Below are positions 1 to 8,028 of a stretch of 39,949 nt of DNA, one piece after another; position 1 is the first letter of the stretch; the number at the start of each line of letters is the position of its first letter. Both the position numbers and the translations under genes were made by a program. This stretch comes from a virus (taxonomy: Duplodnaviria > Caudoviricetes): positions 1 to 39,949 of the IMG/VR virus record IMGVR_UViG_3300044983_000114; one strand, given 5' to 3'. The notes under the pieces are model-generated. The model saw only the letters and a program-made list of their open reading frames with translations, ran no database searches and was not told the DNA's origin.

Positions 1-39
1 CCGCCGCCGGCACCCGTGAGCCGATGGGTGAAAGGACCC
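1..39 (-). other. Putative cos packaging site (cosQ plus start of cosN)
   Basis: Minus strand reads GGGTCCT(TTC), 23 nt, then CGGCGGCGG. Lambda has cosQ GGGTCCT(TTC), 23 nt, then GGGCGGCGACCT. Fits the lambda-family portal and gpW-like gene. Truncated by the window edge. Confidence 0.5.
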
Positions 40-228
40 TCATCACGAGCACGACTCCGATGGGTCCGGCGGTTCGACTGCCGGGCGCTGGTAGCGTGGA
101 GGCGCGTCTATCTCCTGCCATGAGTCCACCAACACGCTCGCGCTTCGGGCGAACAGCTTACCCTCGTCCGTGACGGCGAACAGGTAATAGCGCGAGCAAG
201 CCATTGCGACGATCATGGATCTCCTGCT

Positions 229-477
229 TCACTGCACGTGAGGAGCTGGCTCCCCATCCACCACCAGGTACTCCTGCTCGGGCCCGAGCCCGAAGGGCGC
301 CAGCACGCACTCCCCGCCATGCTTCTCCGTCGCACCCTCGTCCCACGTCCATGAACAGTAAGCGCACCGCATGTACCAGCCCCGATAGTCGGACCTGACG
401 CGGCTCACGTAGGCAGCTCGCACCCTGAGCGCCACGCGTGCACACGTGGAATCAGTCTTGTCCCCCGTCTCTGCCAC
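229..477 (-). CDS. Hypothetical protein with CxxC motif (RCAYC...KHGGEC)
   Basis: GTG at 477 behind GGGAGG. The upstream part of the 229..924 track ORF overlaps other genes and looks non-coding. Confidence 0.5.
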   Translation of the reverse strand: MAETGDKTDSTCARVALRVRAAYVSRVRSDYRGWYMRCAYCSWTWDEGATEKHGGECVLAPFGLGPEQEYLVVDGEPAPHVQ

Positions 478-485
478 GCCTCCCC

Positions 486-764
486 CTACTCGCTCCACCA
501 CGTAAGCCACAGCGTATCCCCCACATAGGAGCGCGCAGGCTCGTCCCCGCAGCGGTACGCCATCGACCCGCATGGCGTCTTGAACTCCCACCAGGGCGAC
601 GCCCCTGCACCCGGTGACGCGTGGTATACCCGCGCCTCCACCACGCACGCCCGCCGCTGCTCTCGCCCACCCATCCCCCACCGCGCCATCGCTATCGCCC
701 CCACCACGTACAGGCCCAGCCCCAACAATGCCACCAGAATGAGCTCCCGGACGTCTTGCTTCAT
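486..764 (-). CDS. Small membrane protein
   Basis: N-terminal hydrophobic helix LILVALLGLGLYVVGAIAM; same strand as neighbours. Confidence 0.55.
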   Translation of the reverse strand: MKQDVRELILVALLGLGLYVVGAIAMARWGMGGREQRRACVVEARVYHASPGAGASPWWEFKTPCGSMAYRCGDEPARSYVGDTLWLTWWSE

Positions 765-933
765 TCCCTGACCGCTTCCATGACTTTTTCTTTTCCCTGC
801 CAGCTCTCAGCGACCCGCCGGCCTCACGAGCCGACAGGCCCGCATCACCGCGCCTCCTCCAAACCCGCGAGAACGCGGGACGCCCTCCGGCCAGCCCATG
901 CCGATGACCCGCGACGCCCCGCATCCCGCATTT

Positions 934-1212
934 TCACTGGCTCACGTACTCCTTGCTTGCATCGCCATCGGGACGTCGTCGGCCCGTACTCGGGTGCCTC
1001 ATCCATCCCTCCGGTTCACCGCTGCCATCCCACAGCGCGAGAGCGACGACCGCCGCTCCGGGTGTGTCGTATCACCAGACATCATCAAACGATCCGTCGA
1101 TGCCCTCGCTGTTGAGGCCGATCCGCGCGCGGCCAAACGTGAGCGGTACGATGCTCGCCGTCCGACCGTTCGCGAGCTTCCAGTCGCGCAGGAGGAATTC
1201 GTCGTCCCTCAA
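934..1212 (-). CDS. Phage hypothetical protein with in-frame TGA at 1072-1074 (candidate selenoprotein, 92 aa)
   Basis: TTG start overlaps the upstream stop (TTGA). The frame continues past the TGA as FDDVW*YDTPGAAVVALALWDGSGEPEGWMRHPSTGRRRPDGD to a stop at 934. SECIS-like hairpin at 1041-1058. Confidence 0.6.
1041..1058 (-). promoter_or_regulatory. Bacterial SECIS-like hairpin
   Basis: GAGCGGC-GGUC-GUCGCUC: 7-bp stem with a G-first loop, loop starting 20 nt after the in-frame UGA. Confidence 0.5.
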
Positions 1213-1451
1213 CCGTGCCCCGTGCACGAGCGCGCGGTGAGCTCCGCGGTCCACTTCTGCTCACACCAGAAACAACCCGTTCCCTCGATTGACAGCAGGT
1301 TCTCCGTGTCCAGCAGGAATTGATCGGCCGTTGGGTCCACTCGATACATCGCCAGCACGACCCACAGGTGCTCGCCCTGACGCTGCTCGGGAAGCTTAGC
1401 GTGATACTTGTGACGAGCCTCGACTTTGACCCCTACGCCACGGACTTCCAC
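1209..1451 (-). CDS. Hypothetical protein with C-terminal CxxC (GCFWCE...SCTG)
   Basis: GTG at 1451 after a G-rich SD; its stop overlaps the start of the next gene. Confidence 0.6.
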   Translation of the reverse strand: MEVRGVGVKVEARHKYHAKLPEQRQGEHLWVVLAMYRVDPTADQFLLDTENLLSIEGTGCFWCEQKWTAELTARSCTGHG

Positions 1452-1468
1452 CGTTCCCCCCCTTTCAC

Positions 1469-2143
1469 CTATCGCTTGAACTCCAGTGCTGCAGTCACCT
1501 CTGCTCGCAAGTTCTTGGCGAACACGCGCCGGCCGATGCGCTCCGCCGTGGCGTAGAAGTGCAGCCGCTTCGGCAGCTTCACGTGTTGCGCGAACACGTA
1601 GAGCACGCGCGACACGCCGGTCCCCACGCGCTGAAAGATGCCGGCGCCGGGAATGAGATATGTCCCGTTGAGCCCCTCCCACACCTTGCCGACCACGCCC
1701 AGCCGGCGACCGCGACGAGTTGCCGCCGTGGTCGCCTTCGGGCGCCTGAACTTGAGTCGTTGAATCCACAGCGCCTCGGGCACACTCGCCTGTTTCGACG
1801 GCCGCGCCTCCACCGGGACCGCGACGGACTTGCCCTTGAACGGTTCACGCACGCCGCCGACCTCGAACTGCGACAGCAGCAGTCGACGCTTCTGGCCGAC
1901 GGCGATTTCCGCATACGCCCGCCCCTGGCTGACGCTGGCAAACGGCTTGATGATCGCTACCTGCCGCAGCATGAATGCCGGCTTGCGGATCGTGAACTCG
2001 TCCTGTGCCTCGAGTTGCTCGGCACGCTGAATGGTTTTGGCCGTGGCGTTGATCGCGTTGACGACCGCGTATGAAATTCGCTTGTCGGCGTTGTGAAGCC
2101 GGTCGAGCAGTGCGGTCGCATCCACGTTCACGTCGATTCTCAC
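1469..2143 (-). CDS. Phage minor tail / tail-completion protein, lambda gpZ-like
   Basis: Basic 224-aa protein with AVVNAINATAK motif and C-terminal LHFYATAERI...AL typical of gpZ-like neck proteins; next to the cos-like site. Confidence 0.6.
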   Translation of the reverse strand: MRIDVNVDATALLDRLHNADKRISYAVVNAINATAKTIQRAEQLEAQDEFTIRKPAFMLRQVAIIKPFASVSQGRAYAEIAVGQKRRLLLSQFEVGGVREPFKGKSVAVPVEARPSKQASVPEALWIQRLKFRRPKATTAATRRGRRLGVVGKVWEGLNGTYLIPGAGIFQRVGTGVSRVLYVFAQHVKLPKRLHFYATAERIGRRVFAKNLRAEVTAALEFKR

Positions 2144-2496
2144 ATCCCTCCCGAGCAGTAGATGATCAGCCGCTCCCGCTTGTCACCGCCGGTCACGACC
2201 ACCGTGTAGATCGCGTCCGCTGGCACCGTGCCGATGTTCACGAACTTGTTTGCCCGCGGGCCCGTACCGCCGCTCGTCCCCACCTGTTTTCCTGTCTGAT
2301 CGAACACCTTGATGGTCGCCTTCGGGACCGCGCGCTTATCGGACATGAGGGTGATCTGGTAGTTCTGGATGAACCCGCCGCAGTACGAACAGTCGATCAC
2401 CTTGCGCCACTCCCCGTGAGCCTCCACGGTGAACGGCGGGTCCATGTTGTACTCGAACGCATCGCACTTTTCAGGGTCGTAGACGTTCACGGTCAT
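2140..2496 (-). CDS. Hypothetical protein (beta-rich, CxxC)
   Basis: Clean 118-aa ORF with overlapping start/stop on both sides. Confidence 0.6.
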   Translation of the reverse strand: MTVNVYDPEKCDAFEYNMDPPFTVEAHGEWRKVIDCSYCGGFIQNYQITLMSDKRAVPKATIKVFDQTGKQVGTSGGTGPRANKFVNIGTVPADAIYTVVVTGGDKRERLIIYCSGGM

Positions 2497-2561
2497 TCCC
2501 CGTCATCGCCGTTGATCCGGCGAATCCACCACAGCAGGTCCAGCAGTCGCCGAGCTTTCAT
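2493..2561 (-). CDS. Micro-ORF MKARRLLDLLWWIRRINGDDGE (22 aa)
   Basis: Strong AGGAGG SD; stop overlaps the next ATG (ATGA). Confidence 0.4.
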   Translation of the reverse strand: MKARRLLDLLWWIRRINGDDGE

Positions 2562-2680
2562 CACATCCTCCTGATTTGATGGTCCCAGCAGCCGACTCCC
2601 CGCGCTCCACCTCCTCCTCGATGACCACCGATAACCGCCCGAGCGCCTCAGACCCGAGCGCCAGCGCCTCGGCGAAGGCC

Positions 2681-2929
2681 TCAAATCCGCGCGTCAGCGC
2701 CCCGTGTGGCGAAAAACACACCTCTCCCCGGCCTCCGGGCCGTCGCCCGCCTGAAAAGCTCGTCATAAGCGATCCTCGCGAGTTCTACGCGAACCGTGTC
2801 CTCGTGACACGTCTGGCACTCCCACACCCGCCGGGTCGGCTCATACCAGGCCTTCGCCCACCGTGTCCCGCGCTTTGAGCCTGGAGCGAACGCCGGGATC
2901 CGGCCCCCGCACCCCGAGCACTCCTGCAC
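2681..2929 (-). CDS. Small zinc-ribbon protein
   Basis: CSGC...CQTC motif pair. Confidence 0.55.
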   Translation of the reverse strand: MQECSGCGGRIPAFAPGSKRGTRWAKAWYEPTRRVWECQTCHEDTVRVELARIAYDELFRRATARRPGRGVFFATRGADARI

Positions 2930-2966
2930 GTGGTACGAGTACCGAACGCCGATCCAGCAATCCGCC

Positions 2967-3110
2967 TCACGCGACGAGATACGACAACGCGAGCAACGCC
3001 AGCCCCAGCGGCGTGAGCTTCACGCGCGGCGGATTCGGCGTCGGCATCCACAGCGCATCCACGATGAAGCACACGAACGCCAGAATCAGCAGCACGGTAT
3101 GAACGTTCAC
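2967..3110 (-). CDS. 47-aa two-TM membrane protein (absent from the ORF track)
   Basis: GGGAGG SD, GTG start, MNVHTVLLILAFVCFIVDALWMPTPNPPRVKLTPLGLALLALSYLVA. Confidence 0.6.
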   Translation of the reverse strand: MNVHTVLLILAFVCFIVDALWMPTPNPPRVKLTPLGLALLALSYLVA

Positions 3111-3142
3111 GGTCCCTCCCTGAGTGACGCGGCCGACACTGT

Positions 3143-3433
3143 TCACCTGAAATTGATCTTTGCCCCGGTCCCGATGCGCTGCTTGGCTCTGGCCTCGTAT
3201 CGCGCGACTTCTTCCTCGGCCGCGTCAGCGAGAGCCTTGTGATACTCATCGAGCGAGATCACGCCCTTGTCGATGAGCAGTTCTACCAGCGCCCCGTGGC
3301 TCACCATCGCCATATTCACGCCGACGCGCAGGTGCTTCGGCTCGTGCGCGTTCGTTGTGTTCATTTCGTACGCGACTCCGCTTTGAATCGCGTGAGCCGC
3401 GCGCTCGTATCTCAACTCGTCATCCTCGAGCAA
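3143..3433 (-). CDS. Conserved phage hypothetical protein
   Basis: AHAIQSGVA...EPKHLRVGVN...LVELLIDKGVIS pattern recalled from phage proteins; tightly packed in the operon. Confidence 0.7.
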   Translation of the reverse strand: MLEDDELRYERAAHAIQSGVAYEMNTTNAHEPKHLRVGVNMAMVSHGALVELLIDKGVISLDEYHKALADAAEEEVARYEARAKQRIGTGAKINFR

Positions 3434-3434
3434 T

Positions 3435-3845
3435 TCACACCTCCGCCAGCGTTCCGTTCTCCACCCTCGCCTGCTTCGCGAGATGCTCCTCGCGCGTGAA
3501 ATCGTCCCGCGTCACCGCCACGTTGCGCGGCGCGTCGATCATGAGCGTTGCCTGCTCCGCCCGGTCGCAGCCCTTGAACAGCACGCGCACGCCGCGGCCG
3601 ATGCAGATCAACTCGCCGATCTCAATCTCGTGCGAGGTCATTTCCACGCCGTCGTCCGCATCGAGCTCCCGGTCGACCTGGCGAGCCAGGTGCATCTCGC
3701 TCGCCACGTCAGGCCCGCTCACCACGATGCCTCGCGAGGCCTCCACACCCAGCTTCACGCAGTCGCTGAATACCTCGAGCACCGTTACCCGCACCGAGCG
3801 CCCGATGTAGAAGCCGCGCCCCGGCCGCCGCCAGATTGGCAACAC
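3435..3845 (-). CDS. csrA: Tandem CsrA/RsmA-domain protein (putative translational regulator)
   Basis: Domain 1 MLPIWRRPGRGFYIGRSVRVTVLEV..VKLGVEAS and domain 2 IGELICIGRGVRV...LMIDAPRNVAVTRDD both align by eye to CsrA [46 protein letters not shown]. Confidence 0.75.
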   Translation of the reverse strand: MLPIWRRPGRGFYIGRSVRVTVLEVFSDCVKLGVEASRGIVVSGPDVASEMHLARQVDRELDADDGVEMTSHEIEIGELICIGRGVRVLFKGCDRAEQATLMIDAPRNVAVTRDDFTREEHLAKQARVENGTLAEV

Positions 3846-3848
3846 GTG

Positions 3849-4118
3849 TCACTTCCCCCTCTCCCCTGCCGCTATGAACTCTCGAACAGCCTCGACGTCG
3901 CCTTCAGCCACACGCACTGCGAGTCCGTTCAACCCAACCATCGCGGGGTCCGTGCAACGTCGTAGCACGATGTCACCCTCGTCCACCGCCAGCTCGAGCA
4001 TCGGAGGGTCACCCCGGCCGTCAGTGATCTGCAGCGTCAACTGGCCGTTCAGTCGGTCGAGTGCGGCGCCCAGCGCGTAGAGCAGGAATCTCGTGAGTAA
4101 TTCTTCGCGCGCGATCAT
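3849..4118 (-). CDS. Hypothetical protein
   Basis: 89-aa ORF, ATGA-coupled to the upstream gene. Confidence 0.6.
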   Translation of the reverse strand: MIAREELLTRFLLYALGAALDRLNGQLTLQITDGRGDPPMLELAVDEGDIVLRRCTDPAMVGLNGLAVRVAEGDVEAVREFIAAGERGK

Positions 4119-4447
4119 GCCTGATCCAACGCGCGTCGAAGGGCGTCACGACACAGCGGATCGGTAGTCTGGCCGGCCGCGTTGCCGATCACGCGCTCGA
4201 GCCGATCGACTTCAGTCCACAACCGCGCGTTGTCGGCCCGCAGTTCAATCAACTCCCGCGCCGCCCACTCGCATACGTTCTGCCCCCACGATTCCGCGAG
4301 ATACTTGCCGGCCTGCATGGCATCGAGCAGCGGTTTCAGGTCGGCTGCAACGGTCCGCAATTCCTCGGTCAGCCGCGCGTTCTCGACCCGCAGCATGTCC
4401 CGCTCGTCCTCGCATCTTTCCAGGGCGTGCCACGCCGGCGAGCTCAT
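4115..4447 (-). CDS. Coiled-coil hypothetical protein
   Basis: LRVENARL / LRADNARL heptads; ATGA-coupled. Confidence 0.65.
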   Translation of the reverse strand: MSSPAWHALERCEDERDMLRVENARLTEELRTVAADLKPLLDAMQAGKYLAESWGQNVCEWAARELIELRADNARLWTEVDRLERVIGNAAGQTTDPLCRDALRRALDQA

Positions 4448-5172
4448 GGCTTCACCGTCAGGATAGTGCGCGGCATGAGTCGCATGTCGGGTCCCGCTGG
4501 AGCTGCCACACCGGGGTTCTCGCCGTGCAGTCGGGAGAACATGCGCTCACCGTAGCGTTCCTGCAGCAATGGGATCTTAAGATTCGAAGTCCACCACGTC
4601 GGGCGGATTTCGTTGTATCGCTCGTCGATGAGTTGATCGAGCAACGATGCCGACCAGTCTTCCGCATACGGTCCGCGGAGCCGCTCGGCCCCCAGGTCAT
4701 CGATCACGAGCACCTGTGCCGCCGCCATGCCGTCGATGACGCTCTGCGCTTCCTCGAGCCCGCCGTCGGTCGTGGACATCACGCGCAGTCGATTGACGAC
4801 CTCCGGCCACGAGCACCACACGAACCATTTGCCATCGAACGCATGGATGCCACGCTCGGCAACATGAGGCGTCACTCGCGCGATGACCATTCGACGGAAG
4901 ATCACTGCCAGCGCGAACGTCTTGCCGAGGCCAGCACCGCCGACGAGTCCGAATCCGCGCTCGGGTCGCTCGCCCGCGAGGAGTGTCTCAACACTCAACT
5001 CCGGCTGCTCCCACAGCACCCGATGGAGCCCGGCAGGGATCCGGTCCTCCGAGGCGCCCAGCACACGCCGGCTCATCCCGGCACGCTTCAAGAACGTCTC
5101 CACCATGCCACCGAACCACGGCCGCTCGAGCACGGTCGTTACTGCCTCGACCATCGTTCCACCATCCGTCAT
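4444..5172 (-). CDS. DnaC/IstB-like AAA+ ATPase (helicase loader)
   Basis: Walker A GGAGLGKT, Walker B VLVIDDLGAE, IDERY...TSN and R..SRL motifs; directly downstream of the initiator. Confidence 0.88.
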   Translation of the reverse strand: MTDGGTMVEAVTTVLERPWFGGMVETFLKRAGMSRRVLGASEDRIPAGLHRVLWEQPELSVETLLAGERPERGFGLVGGAGLGKTFALAVIFRRMVIARVTPHVAERGIHAFDGKWFVWCSWPEVVNRLRVMSTTDGGLEEAQSVIDGMAAAQVLVIDDLGAERLRGPYAEDWSASLLDQLIDERYNEIRPTWWTSNLKIPLLQERYGERMFSRLHGENPGVAAPAGPDMRLMPRTILTVKP

Positions 5173-6020
5173 GCCTCAGCCTCCTCGAAGATACTCGGGT
5201 TGTTCCGCCGATACTCCTCGTCGCCCTCAGCCCTCAGATCTCTGCCGTTGCCCTTCGAGTGCTCGTCCTGCCAGCATCCATCGCGCAGCCACTTCGAAGG
5301 ATACGGGATGAATTTACCGCTTTCATCACGCCACTCAGAGGAGATTTTCGCGGTGTCCAGCCCCGCCATGATCTTGTCGAACAGGTCGTTACGGTCGGCG
5401 TCCACCTTGAGCCGCTCCCACACCCTCCACGCAGCGAGCTTCGACCGCTTCCGCGGATACGCTGTCCAGAATTGATCGAACCTGCCGCTCCATGATCCGA
5501 CGGCTGGCGCCTGCGCTGCGTCAGCAGCGCGAAAGGGTTCTAAGTCTTTTTCTTTTGCATATGCCTCTGCCTCTGCCTGTGCTGACCGGTGCTGACAGGT
5601 GCTGACAGGTGCTGACCGCTGCTTATGCGTGCTGACCGCTGCTGACTGCTGCTTACGACGTTCGCGGCTTCGCTGCTGCGCTTCACGATTCTGAGCCCGT
5701 CGAGTGTCTTGGTCTGCCAAGGTGCGATAGTGTAAGTAGTTAACGATTCGCCAGCCCCACGGTCGATGGGCGTCGATCCGCTCCAGCCGGCGGCCCTCAT
5801 GATCCTGTGATCGGCTCAACGGATCGGGCGCCTCCAGCACGGCAAGTCCTTTAGTAACAATCTCTATCGGGAGCCGGCTCCTCGCTGAAATAGAGTCTGG
5901 CGTCATGTCGATGTAGCCTTCCTTGTCGCAATTCGCGATCATGAAGACAAACGTGGCCCACGCCTCCCAATGGACCGCGAGCGTCCCATCCCACATTGAG
6001 GCGAAAATCTTCGCGTACAC
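5169..6020 (-). CDS. Phage replication initiator / replisome organizer
   Basis: N-terminal YAKIF..MWDGTL region, GWRIVNY..YR, central iteron-encoded linker, C-terminal FDQFWTAYPRK..K..A and FIPYPSKWL..WQDE. GTG start at 6020 after GGGAGG. Confidence 0.85.
   Translation of the reverse strand: MYAKIFASMWDGTLAVHWEAWATFVFMIANCDKEGYIDMTPDSISARSRLPIEIVTKGLAVLEAPDPLSRSQDHEGRRLERIDAHRPWGWRIVNYLHYRTLADQDTRRAQNREAQQRSRERRKQQSAAVSTHKQRSAPVSTCQHRSAQAEAEAYAKEKDLEPFRAADAAQAPAVGSWSGRFDQFWTAYPRKRSKLAAWRVWERLKVDADRNDLFDKIMAGLDTAKISSEWRDESGKFIPYPSKWLRDGCWQDEHSKGNGRDLRAEGDEEYRRNNPSIFEEAEA
5540..5659. repeat. Replication origin: eight 10-bp iterons (TGCTGACnGn) plus adjacent AT-rich tract
   Basis: 5580-5659 = tgctgaccgg tgctgacagg tgctgacagg tgctgaccgc tgcttatgcg tgctgaccgc tgctgactgc tgcttacgac. 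AT-rich 5540-5562. Located inside the initiator gene, as with lambda O. Confidence 0.75.
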
Positions 6021-6088
6021 CCCACGCCTCCCTTCATTCGAGCCTCCAGCCAACACCGCACCGTGATGCGCCGTGACGATGGGTGACA

Positions 6089-6121
6089 GTCAGCAGCTGT
6101 CAGCAACGGTCATGCTGACAG
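6089..6121. promoter_or_regulatory. Iteron-core copies upstream of the initiator (putative autoregulatory operator)
   Basis: GTCAGCA at 6089 and 6099 (10-bp spacing) and TGCTGAC at 6113. Confidence 0.5.
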
Positions 6122-6206
6122 CGCGCAACCCGTTGGAAACATTCACAGCCACGGCGTCACGTGCGGCGCACGCTAGCACCTCTGCCCCACTCGTCCAGTG
6201 AACTTT

Positions 6207-6716
6207 TCAATCCGCCGGCTCACGCCCCTCGGTCAACCGCCGGAGCTCCTGCGTCAACACCCGCCGCACGGTCCCGTAGTCCACCGGTCGCCGAACTGGA
6301 ATGCCCAGCGCGTTCACCTCCGGCGTCGCACGTCGGGTGAGTTCCGCCATCCTGTCAGCGCCGAGCTTGTCGGTAATCCATTCCGTCGCCTGCGTTGGGA
6401 ACTTGTGCCACCAGTGGATGTGACACGCGAAGCACAGCGGGATGGCGTTGTCTGGATCAAACTCCATGAACGGCACTCGCCCCACCGGCATGATGTGGGC
6501 GCGGTAGAGCGCCCGGTCCTTCCCGCACCGTTCGCACGGGCCCCACCACATCATCCCGTCACCTTTGGCGGTCGAGGTCTCGAACTTGCCCCAGCGGATC
6601 ATGACCACGCGGCGGTGCAGGTCCGCCAGATCGTCACGCTCGCGCGCCCACAGACCCGCGCGGTGCTTCGACACGGTGCCCGGACGGCCGGTGCGCGGCA
6701 TGGCCGTTCGTTTCAC
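6207..6716 (-). CDS. NinG/HNH-type nuclease
   Basis: CERCG...AHI.P.G....FDPDNAIPLCFACH..WH zinc/HNH signature; GTGA overlap at the start. Confidence 0.7.
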   Translation of the reverse strand: MKRTAMPRTGRPGTVSKHRAGLWARERDDLADLHRRVVMIRWGKFETSTAKGDGMMWWGPCERCGKDRALYRAHIMPVGRVPFMEFDPDNAIPLCFACHIHWWHKFPTQATEWITDKLGADRMAELTRRATPEVNALGIPVRRPVDYGTVRRVLTQELRRLTEGREPAD

Positions 6717-7024
6717 GTGGCACTCGCGGGCGGAAGCTGCTTCGTGTCGGATGGTGCCCACGGTCGCGGCCCGCAGGGCCCGGCGCGCTCCGTTCCTGGT
6801 ATCTCCGTCTGATCGGGGTCGTCGCCGAGCTTCCTCCAGAGCTTCGCCTCACGGGCGTTGAGTGCCACGTAGGTCCAGCGTGCCTTCTCCACCGTCTCCC
6901 AGGCGCTGTCAGCATCTTTCCCACCGGTCTCGAACAACTTGAGCGCCGCGACCAGTGCCTTGCCGGCGAGCACCGTTCGTTCGACCGATTCACGCCACGC
7001 CTTCAACGCATCGACGTCGGACAT
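6713..7024 (-). CDS. Hypothetical protein
   Basis: ATG at 7024 in a TGATG overlap; helical MSDVDALKAWRES. Confidence 0.6.
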   Translation of the reverse strand: MSDVDALKAWRESVERTVLAGKALVAALKLFETGGKDADSAWETVEKARWTYVALNAREAKLWRKLGDDPDQTEIPGTERAGPCGPRPWAPSDTKQLPPASAT

Positions 7025-8028
7025 CACGCACCTGCCTTGGCGAGGGTGGACGGGAGATGGTCGACGCAGTAGTAGCGACCCACGATCGCGAGCCCGGTCG
7101 ATTCGTTCGCGCAGATGGAGCATTGAGGCTGCGGGTCCATCGTCATTGCGAGTGGCGCCGCCGGCGCTGGAACTGGCCGCACCGCCTCGCTGGTTCCGAC
7201 AGACGCGCCCTTTTGCACCGCGACGGTCCCGAGCTTCTCCTTCAAGCCTGCCACGCCGATGCCGGCGCTCTCCGGCTTCTTCGCGGTGGGATCAGGGAAC
7301 GCCTCGTCAATCGCGATTTCGTTCTCGCGGATTGACACGATGGCACCCTGCATCAGCACCACCTGATCCACGCCGATGTCGCGAATCCCTTCCACGCCCA
7401 GCGCCGCGTAGATGCGCTCCTTCGGGACTCCCATCTTCGTGATGGTGTCCACGAGCTCGTCACGACGACGTTCCAGCGTTTCACCGGTCCCCGCAATGAC
7501 GGTCCGGGCTCGCGTGTACGCCTCGCTCCAGAACGCTTTCGGGATGCCGGCGAACACGGCGTTGCGCTGCGCGATCGAGCACGCCGCGTTCGCCGTGACA
7601 GCGATCATGTCCGTGCTGTATCGCCGCCCCTTGCTGTTCGTGATCCGGCGCCGCACCTCGCGCGTGATGCGAACGTTGCGCTCCAGGTCGAAGAAGAACC
7701 CCTGCGCGTAGACGAACTCGCGATCTTCGTCCGCCACGCGCGCGCCGGCGGCACAGTTTCCCCACGCCGACAGCACGATCTCACCCAGCCGCGCGCTCGG
7801 GCCCTCAATCATCTTCGTGCGCCCATCCTCCTCGCGCGGCACGGCGTACACGCACTCACGAGCGATGTCCTCGGTGAGCGTCGCCATCTCGACGCACGAC
7901 TTCACGAAATCCGTGAGGCTCCGCGGATAAGCGCGTGCCGTCGTGATCTGCTGGTCGAGCTCTACTTTGGCGAGCGATTCGCTCGGTGACTCCCGCACCT
8001 CCCACCCCTGCCCCTCATTGATCGCCAC
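7024..8028 (-). CDS. Putative ssDNA-annealing / recombination partner of YqaJ
   Basis: QITTARAYPRS...YAVPR...IEGPSARLGE..WGN motif family, recalled as typically found beside YqaJ exonucleases. Start uncertain. Confidence 0.65.
   Translation of the reverse strand: MAINEGQGWEVRESPSESLAKVELDQQITTARAYPRSLTDFVKSCVEMATLTEDIARECVYAVPREEDGRTKMIEGPSARLGEIVLSAWGNCAAGARVADEDREFVYAQGFFFDLERNVRITREVRRRITNSKGRRYSTDMIAVTANAACSIAQRNAVFAGIPKAFWSEAYTRARTVIAGTGETLERRRDELVDTITKMGVPKERIYAALGVEGIRDIGVDQVVLMQGAIVSIRENEIAIDEAFPDPTAKKPESAGIGVAGLKEKLGTVAVQKGASVGTSEAVRPVPAPAAPLAMTMDPQPQCSICANESTGLAIVGRYYCVDHLPSTLAKAGA

Noticed and set aside
2497-2505. Second possible UGA read-through joining 2503..2766 to 2140..2496 (same frame)
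   Set aside because: No Cys-like context or SECIS-like hairpin seen, and the downstream ATG is already explained by ATGA coupling to a micro-ORF.
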